Assembly (NCBI GenBank): GCA_028282585.1
Contig: JANQHR010000117.1
Span: forward strand, 1 to 64,000
Source of the DNA: Bacteroidales bacterium
GTDB taxonomy: Bacteria; Bacteroidota; Bacteroidia; Bacteroidales; UBA12077
DNA: 64,000 nucleotides
Direction: 5' to 3'
Position 1 is the stretch's first letter, and every line of letters begins with the position of its first letter. The position numbers were made by a program, and so were the translations under genes. This document shows positions 58,055 through 64,000 of the stretch, piece by piece. Below the pieces are notes generated by a model that searched no databases, was not told the origin of the DNA, and saw only the letters and a list, made by a program, of their open reading frames with translations.

Positions 58055-58777
58055 ATGCTGAAATATCTTCCATTAGGTGATAAAGCTTTTCTCGTTAAAA
58101 TTGGAAATGGTATTTCCCCTGAAACTCATATTAAAGTTCAGAATTTTTCAAAGCTTCTAGAGGAAAAAAAGTTAAAAGGAATTATTGAAGTAACTCCAGC
58201 ATACAATGAGATATTGATTTCGTATGATCCTGGCGTTCTTAATTACAAAAAGCTAATATCAGAATTAAGGGAGTTGGAAAAAGAAAAAATTAATCTGTAT
58301 GCGGAGCTTAAAAGAATTATACATATTCCAGTTTGTTATGAAGCAGAATATGCACCGGATCTGGAAATGGTAGCTTCCCTAAATGATATTTCAATTAATG
58401 AAGTAGTTAAAATTCATGCTTCCAACGAATACTTAGTTTATATGTTAGGGTTTACACCCGGATTTTGTTATCTCGGAGGTATGAATGAAAAAATTGCAAC
58501 ACCAAGAAAAGAAACTCCAAGAACCTCAATTGAAGCTGGATCCGTTGGTATTGCCGGAAAACAAACAGGTATTTATCCAATTGACAGTCCAGGAGGGTGG
58601 CAGATAATTGGAAAGACACCATTAAAACTGTTTAATCCTAAAAGTGAACCCCATTTTTTCATAGAACCTGGTTGCTATTTAAAGTTTTACAGAATATCAA
58701 AAATTGAGTTTGAATCTATTAAAATGCAGGTAGAACAGAATAGTTTTGCAATTAAAATAGAGGCTAAAAATGAATAA
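58055..58777 (+). CDS. pxpB: 5-oxoprolinase subunit B
   Basis: LGFTPGFCYLGG, GSVGIAG, SPGGWQIIG. Confidence 0.93.
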   Translation: MLKYLPLGDKAFLVKIGNGISPETHIKVQNFSKLLEEKKLKGIIEVTPAYNEILISYDPGVLNYKKLISELRELEKEKINLYAELKRIIHIPVCYEAEYAPDLEMVASLNDISINEVVKIHASNEYLVYMLGFTPGFCYLGGMNEKIATPRKETPRTSIEAGSVGIAGKQTGIYPIDSPGGWQIIGKTPLKLFNPKSEPHFFIEPGCYLKFYRISKIEFESIKMQVEQNSFAIKIEAKNE

Positions 58778-59654
58778 AATCAGGATCATAAAACCAGGAT
58801 TATTAAGCACAATTCAGGATGCAGGACGCTGGGGGTTTCAAAAATACGGAATGCCGGTATCAGGAGCTATGGACCTTTATTCATTAAAGCTGGCAAATGA
58901 ACTGGTAGGAAATGATCCGAGCGAGGCTTGTATTGAAGCTACCATGAATGGACCATCTGTAGAATTTTTACATGATTGTTATATCTCTGTATGCGGTGCT
59001 GATATGCAAGCAATTATAAATGGGAATAGTATTGAAATGTATAGAACAATTCTTGTTAATAAAGGAAGTAATTTATCATTTAAAGGATTAAAAACAGGAT
59101 TAAGATCTTATATTGCATTTGCAGGAGGGGTAAATGTTCCTTTGGTTATGGGAAGTAAATCAACCTATTTGAGAGGTAAAATTGGAGGATTTCATGGGCG
59201 AAAACTGCAAAAAGGAGATGAAATTGAAATTGGTACATATAACAAAAACCTGGACTTTAAAAAAATATTAAAAAATAAAATTCCTGTTTTTAAAGACCAT
59301 TTCGTGGCTCGTATAATTCCGGGCCCTGAAGCAAATTGTTTTACGGTTAAAGGATTAGCTGATTTTTTAAACTCGGAATATACACTAACTGAACAATGCG
59401 ATAGAATGGGATATAGGCTTGCCGGAACAAAAATTGAACATAAGTTATCTGCTGACATTATCTCTTCCGGAATTGCTTTTGGAACCGTACAAGTTCCATC
59501 TCATGGAGAACCTATAATTATGATGGCAGACAGGCAAACAATTGGAGGTTATGCCAGAATTGGAAACATAATTTCAGAAGATTTACCTTATCTTGCTCAA
59601 CTAAAACCAGGGGATAAAATTAGATTTAAGGAAATAAAATTGAATGAAATATAA
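58770..59654 (+). CDS. pxpC: 5-oxoprolinase subunit C
   Basis: TIQDAGRWG, SGAMD, DRMGYRL, DRQTIGGY. Confidence 0.92.
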   Translation: MNKIRIIKPGLLSTIQDAGRWGFQKYGMPVSGAMDLYSLKLANELVGNDPSEACIEATMNGPSVEFLHDCYISVCGADMQAIINGNSIEMYRTILVNKGSNLSFKGLKTGLRSYIAFAGGVNVPLVMGSKSTYLRGKIGGFHGRKLQKGDEIEIGTYNKNLDFKKILKNKIPVFKDHFVARIIPGPEANCFTVKGLADFLNSEYTLTEQCDRMGYRLAGTKIEHKLSADIISSGIAFGTVQVPSHGEPIIMMADRQTIGGYARIGNIISEDLPYLAQLKPGDKIRFKEIKLNEI

Positions 59655-59655
59655 A

Positions 59656-61500
59656 CTAAAGAGGTAATGTAAAGAAGAATATACTTCCTTTATCTTCTTC
59701 ACTTTCTACTCTGATGGAACCACCATTTTTTTCTACTAATTCTTTACATAAAATTAATCCAAGGCCTGTTCCTTTTTCCTTATCAGTTCCGTAAGTTGAG
59801 AACGCAGTTCCTATTTTAAACAGCTTGTCGATATGATCTTTAGGAATACCAACACCGTTATCTTTAATAGATATTTCAACAAACCGATTGTTATCTATGA
59901 TATTAGAATTCATTTCTATCACACTATCCTGGTAAGAAAACTTAAGAGCGTTAGAAAGTAAGTTCCTTATAACAGTTTTAACAGAACTCTTATTTACTTC
60001 TAATTCAATATCGCCTACATTTGAGATTATCTTAATATTTTTTTCTTTTGCTTTTTCCTCGAGCAAAAATAAGGTGTTTTCAGCAATGTCTTTAAGGCTA
60101 ATTTTTTCTAAATCAAATTCAAGAGTATTCATTTGGATTCTGGCCCATAATAATAAATCGTCTAAAAGGTTATTTGTTTTAGAAGACAAACCCATAAGGA
60201 TATTGACATAATCCAGTTTTTCGTCATTTGAAATATCACTAAAGTTATCTTTTAAAAGTTTAAGTAGCTGAGAAATGTTCCCGACAGGTCCTTTTAAATC
60301 GTGTGCTATTATGGAAAAAAATACATTTTTTGTAGCGTTAGCTTCAGATAATTCTTTTTCAGAATTAATTAATGCTGATTCTGTGTTTTTTCTATCCGTA
60401 ATATCTTCTTTTACAGCAAGGTATTTAATTGTTCTTCCCCTTTCGTCTATAATGGGTGATATAGAGGCTAGCTCCCAGTAAAGAGTGCCATCTTTCTTTT
60501 TATTTAAGAATTCGCCCCTCCATGTTTCTCCCCGTACAATAGTTTCCCAAAGTTCACGGTAATCTTCGGATTTGGTATGTTTAGATTTTAAAATATTAGG
60601 ATTTTGTCCAAATGCTTCTTCAAGTGTATATCCTGTTACTTCGGTAAATTTAGGATTAACATATTCAATAATGCCGTCGGTATCAGTAATTATAATTGAT
60701 GAAGGACTTTGTTTTACAGCGGTGTATAGTGATAAGATCTCTTCTTCAACTCTCTTCCTATCAGTTATATCTCTGAATGCAACAACTCTTAGTTCCTTTC
60801 CCTCAATAAGCACATCTTTGGCTTCTATTTCTGCGATGAAGGAAGTATTATCCTTTCGCACTAATTTTAATTCATAAGGACCTGAAGTTTTATTAGTCAT
60901 GTTCTCTAAAGCCAAATTTCTTGAGTCTGAATGTATAAATTCCAATACATTTTTTCCTTTAATGAAATCCAAACTATAACCGGTTAATTTGTGTGCTGAA
61001 GGATTTATATCAATTACAATACCCTTATCATGAATTATAATACCTTCCATTGTAAGATCGGTTAAGATCTTATAACGGGCTTGACTTTCTTTTAAAGCAT
61101 CTTCGGCTTTTTTCTTTTCAGTAATGTCTTCTAATATTCCATCAAAATATATTACTTTACTGCTTTTATCCCGAATAATTTTAACAGTATCCTCAACAAT
61201 AATTCTTTTATTATTCTTTGTTTTAAGATGTATTATTTGCTTAGTAGCAGTTTTTTCCTTATCGGCAAGAATATCAATTTCAGTATTTCTTTCTTTTCTG
61301 TTAAAATAGAAATCGTACACCGACATATTAAGTATTTCTTCTAATGTATATTCGAGCATTCTTGCTAAAGCAGAGTTAGCGTAAAGAATTCTTCCTTCTA
61401 CTGTTGTACGGTATATTCCTACCTGAAGATGGTCGGTGAGTTGAATTACCAGGTCTCTTTCCTGATTTTCTTTATTTGTATTTATGAATTGACCGGACAT
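59656..61500 (-). CDS. Cytoplasmic multi-PAS sensor histidine kinase
   Basis: Three PAS/PAC units ending DIT; AHDLKGP; NALKF; DNGVG; GTGLGL. Confidence 0.92.
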   Translation of the reverse strand: MSGQFINTNKENQERDLVIQLTDHLQVGIYRTTVEGRILYANSALARMLEYTLEEILNMSVYDFYFNRKERNTEIDILADKEKTATKQIIHLKTKNNKRIIVEDTVKIIRDKSSKVIYFDGILEDITEKKKAEDALKESQARYKILTDLTMEGIIIHDKGIVIDINPSAHKLTGYSLDFIKGKNVLEFIHSDSRNLALENMTNKTSGPYELKLVRKDNTSFIAEIEAKDVLIEGKELRVVAFRDITDRKRVEEEILSLYTAVKQSPSSIIITDTDGIIEYVNPKFTEVTGYTLEEAFGQNPNILKSKHTKSEDYRELWETIVRGETWRGEFLNKKKDGTLYWELASISPIIDERGRTIKYLAVKEDITDRKNTESALINSEKELSEANATKNVFFSIIAHDLKGPVGNISQLLKLLKDNFSDISNDEKLDYVNILMGLSSKTNNLLDDLLLWARIQMNTLEFDLEKISLKDIAENTLFLLEEKAKEKNIKIISNVGDIELEVNKSSVKTVIRNLLSNALKFSYQDSVIEMNSNIIDNNRFVEISIKDNGVGIPKDHIDKLFKIGTAFSTYGTDKEKGTGLGLILCKELVEKNGGSIRVESEEDKGSIFFFTLPL

Positions 61501-61625
61501 AAATTAAGCTCACAAATTTATGCGATTTTACGAGAAAAAAAAATAACGGTTTAGGTGTAGGTGTAAAAAAACTTATTATTTATCAAAATTTAGCAATATA
61601 TAGGATGGATTATAACATCTAATGA

Positions 61626-62948
61626 TTAAGGAAACCTTAAAATAAAACTTGATCCTTTATCTACTTCAGATTTAACTTCTACCGTTATTCTGTGGTAATC
61701 ACAAATTTTCTTGGATAATGCTAATCCTAGTCCATAACTATCTTTAGTTTCATTAGAATTTTTAAATCTTGAGAATATTTGAGGTATTTTTTCTTCTTTA
61801 ATACCTACTCCTGTATCATTAATTTGCACGGTAAAATGATTGTTTTCATGTTCAGAAATTATTTCAATGTAACCTTTATCCGTATATCGAATGGCATTGT
61901 TTACAAAATTGTAGAAAAGTGTAAATAACAAATTATCATTTCCTTTAAAAATAAGATAGTTTGTTGTAAGATTCATTTTTATATCTAACTCTTTGGCAAT
62001 GGCTTTGTCTTCAATTTCTTCTACCACATTTTGTATAACTTTATTTACATTAACATCTTCTGTTAAAATATACTCTTCGTTTTCAATTCGCGACATCATT
62101 AGCAGGGTTCGAACAAGGTTAGTTAACCTTCGTAATGTTTTTTTTGATTCGAAAATCTTCAACATATCTTCTTCTGAAAGATTACTTTCATGTAGGATAT
62201 TATCGAGTTTACTTTGAATTATACTTACAGGGGTAAGCAATTCGTGTGATACATTACTTATATATTCTCGTTCGTCATTAAAAGCAGCTTCTATTTTATG
62301 CATTAATGAATGAATAGTCTCATCAAGATAAATAAAATCGGAAGTATTGGTATTTACCGGTTGATAATTGAAGGAAGTTGGATGTTTTGTGTATTTAAGT
62401 TTACTTACTATTTTTTCAAATGGTCGGAGTAAATATTGAATAAAAGATAAATCAAAGATAAACGTTAAAGTTACTATGATAATTAAAAATATAAATGCGA
62501 ATCGTTTAAGGTTTTGTTCAAAATGAAAAATAGTTGAAATACTTTTACCAATTTCAATTAAATAATTATTATCATTTTCTTCTATGGAATAACTTAATAC
62601 GCGGTAATCAACTAGCTCTTCTTCAATAATTCTTTCCGAATATTGAATGATATTTATGATTGTATCTGCTCGGATCGGTTCAATTAAAATATATTCTTCC
62701 TTTAAGATGTTATAACTCCCAAAAGCTTGAAACTCAGCATCCATATCGATATATGTTTCAATTCCCAAACTATCAACTAATTCAATTACCTGATCAAGCT
62801 TCCGAATTAGCATCTGATCGGTATCCTGGATTGATATACGGCTAACCAACCAAGGGATCAAAAAAACAAGTAGTGTGATAATTAATGCTTTAGAAAACGC
62901 ATTAAACAGCGCTAACTGACTTTTTAGTTTTAGGTTTGGTATCTTCAT
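61626..62948 (-). CDS. Membrane sensor histidine kinase
   Basis: Two TMs; SHELLTP; NAIRY; DTGVG; GLGL. Confidence 0.92.
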   Translation of the reverse strand: MKIPNLKLKSQLALFNAFSKALIITLLVFLIPWLVSRISIQDTDQMLIRKLDQVIELVDSLGIETYIDMDAEFQAFGSYNILKEEYILIEPIRADTIINIIQYSERIIEEELVDYRVLSYSIEENDNNYLIEIGKSISTIFHFEQNLKRFAFIFLIIIVTLTFIFDLSFIQYLLRPFEKIVSKLKYTKHPTSFNYQPVNTNTSDFIYLDETIHSLMHKIEAAFNDEREYISNVSHELLTPVSIIQSKLDNILHESNLSEEDMLKIFESKKTLRRLTNLVRTLLMMSRIENEEYILTEDVNVNKVIQNVVEEIEDKAIAKELDIKMNLTTNYLIFKGNDNLLFTLFYNFVNNAIRYTDKGYIEIISEHENNHFTVQINDTGVGIKEEKIPQIFSRFKNSNETKDSYGLGLALSKKICDYHRITVEVKSEVDKGSSFILRFP

Positions 62949-63622
62949 TAAAATTCAAATTTATATCCTATGCCGCGAATAGTTTTTATCCAATTGGTAT
63001 TATCAAACTCAGCAAGTTTTTTTCGAACATTTTTAATATGAACATCAATATAATTCGAATCATAATCATCTTCATAAAACTCTCCCCATATATGTTCCGT
63101 CAGTTGTAATCGATCCAGCACACGGTTTTTATTAAGAACCAAATAGCTGAGTAGTTTATATTCTTTTTTTGTTAAAGTAATGGATTTATCTTTAAACTGG
63201 AAATGTTTTTTACTTGTATCCATAGAGAAATTGCCGAATTTGATAATTGATTCCTGATGCCCAAACTTTCTTCTTGTTATGGCTTGGATTCGCGACAAAA
63301 GCTCTAATAACGAAAATGGTTTAGGTAAATAATCATCAGCACCCAGATCAAAGCCTTTTATTTTATCTTCTAATTCTCCACGTGCAGTTATAACAATAAA
63401 ATATGCCTCGGAATTATATTTTTTTGCTTCTTTAATTAGGTCTAAACCATTATAATCAGGTAATCCAATATCAAGTAAAATAAAATCATAAGGATTTATG
63501 GATATAAGCTCTGAAGCTTCTTCACCGGTATGAACCAAATCAATATTGTAATCTTCTTTTACAAGAAACTGTTTTATTTCCGCAGCTAAACTTTTTTCAT
63601 CTTCTACAATTAATATTCTCAT
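62948..63622 (-). CDS. OmpR-family response regulator
   Basis: IVEDE, LLDIGLP, GADDYLPKPF, TIRGIGY. Confidence 0.95.
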   Translation of the reverse strand: MRILIVEDEKSLAAEIKQFLVKEDYNIDLVHTGEEASELISINPYDFILLDIGLPDYNGLDLIKEAKKYNSEAYFIVITARGELEDKIKGFDLGADDYLPKPFSLLELLSRIQAITRRKFGHQESIIKFGNFSMDTSKKHFQFKDKSITLTKKEYKLLSYLVLNKNRVLDRLQLTEHIWGEFYEDDYDSNYIDVHIKNVRKKLAEFDNTNWIKTIRGIGYKFEF

Positions 63623-63633
63623 ATTACTTCGTA

Positions 63634-64000
63634 TTAGAAAATAAATGATAAAGAGATTATATAACCTGTTTGATCTTTCATGCCAAATACTTCTAGCTTT
63701 TCAGATGGAATATAATACATCCATGAAAATGTTGCTGAAACACTTCCGATTCCAAAGGTAACAGGTACAAGAAAATCAACTCCCTGATAAGAAAAAGTAT
63801 TTGTTGAAACATCTTGGTTTTCAAGATACCTTTTAATAACTTCTTCTGAAGAAATGTTAATGGTTTGGTAACCTCTAAACCTTAAATAAGGAATTAGCAC
63901 ATTATCGATGTATGGTTCGTATATATCGTAAAAGTAATGGTCGGTTCCAAAATTAAATGATACAGAAGGCATTATGTACAGGTAGTCATTCTCAAAAAAA
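63634..64000 (-). CDS. 3' part of a hypothetical (probable outer-membrane) protein running off the window
   Basis: Frame stays open to the window edge; ends in the amphipathic strand YIISLSFIF. Confidence 0.6.
   Translation of the reverse strand, partial: FFENDYLYIMPSVSFNFGTDHYFYDIYEPYIDNVLIPYLRFRGYQTINISSEEVIKRYLENQDVSTNTFSYQGVDFLVPVTFGIGSVSATFSWMYYIPSEKLEVFGMKDQTGYIISLSFIF

Noticed and set aside
238-62845. Numerous short antisense or alternative-frame ORFs in the track (e.g. 238-579, 17083-17442, 31963-32334, 55996-56406)
   Set aside because: They are shadows of well-supported genes and have no motifs of their own.
1-64000. tRNA/rRNA genes, intact transposases or prophage genes
   Set aside because: None recognised by eye. 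A covariance-model scan would be needed to exclude small RNAs.

Overview
Low-GC bacterial DNA, most likely from an anaerobic Bacteroidota (Bacteroidales-like) genome, judged from TAnnTTTG promoters, signal peptides cleaved before Gln, and the TonB receptor/HYC_CC_PP locus. I see no rRNA, tRNA, CRISPR array or intact transposase. Layout: 0.3-8.6 kb holds accessory single genes, followed by an M16 peptidase. 11.6-36.3 kb is the main discovery candidate, an 18-gene minus-strand cluster I cannot assign to any named pathway. It encodes nine exported PQQ/BamB-like beta-propellers, an NHL propeller, two Tat-type Cys-rich proteins and a NapH-like membrane Fe-S protein. It also encodes a fused HydC-HydB (NuoE-NuoF) electron-bifurcation-type flavoprotein, a HydA/NuoG-like Fe-S-flavin subunit with no catalytic domain, a CxxC glycosyltransferase and a large FtsX/MacB-type ABC transporter. 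Further right are an anaerobic ergothioneine pair (egtD/eanA + eanB), argR-carAB with tandem ARG boxes, an orphan pxpA and a LytTR-methyltransferase pair with direct repeats. The window ends with a metal/arsenic locus (HYC_CC_PP, HMA, TonB receptor, arsR, arsM), a transporter-pxpABC operon and two-component genes. Intergenic regions carry palindromic and heptamer repeats, a MITE-like element and an internally deleted GxxExxY-like gene. All calls come from reading motifs by eye; no database search was run.
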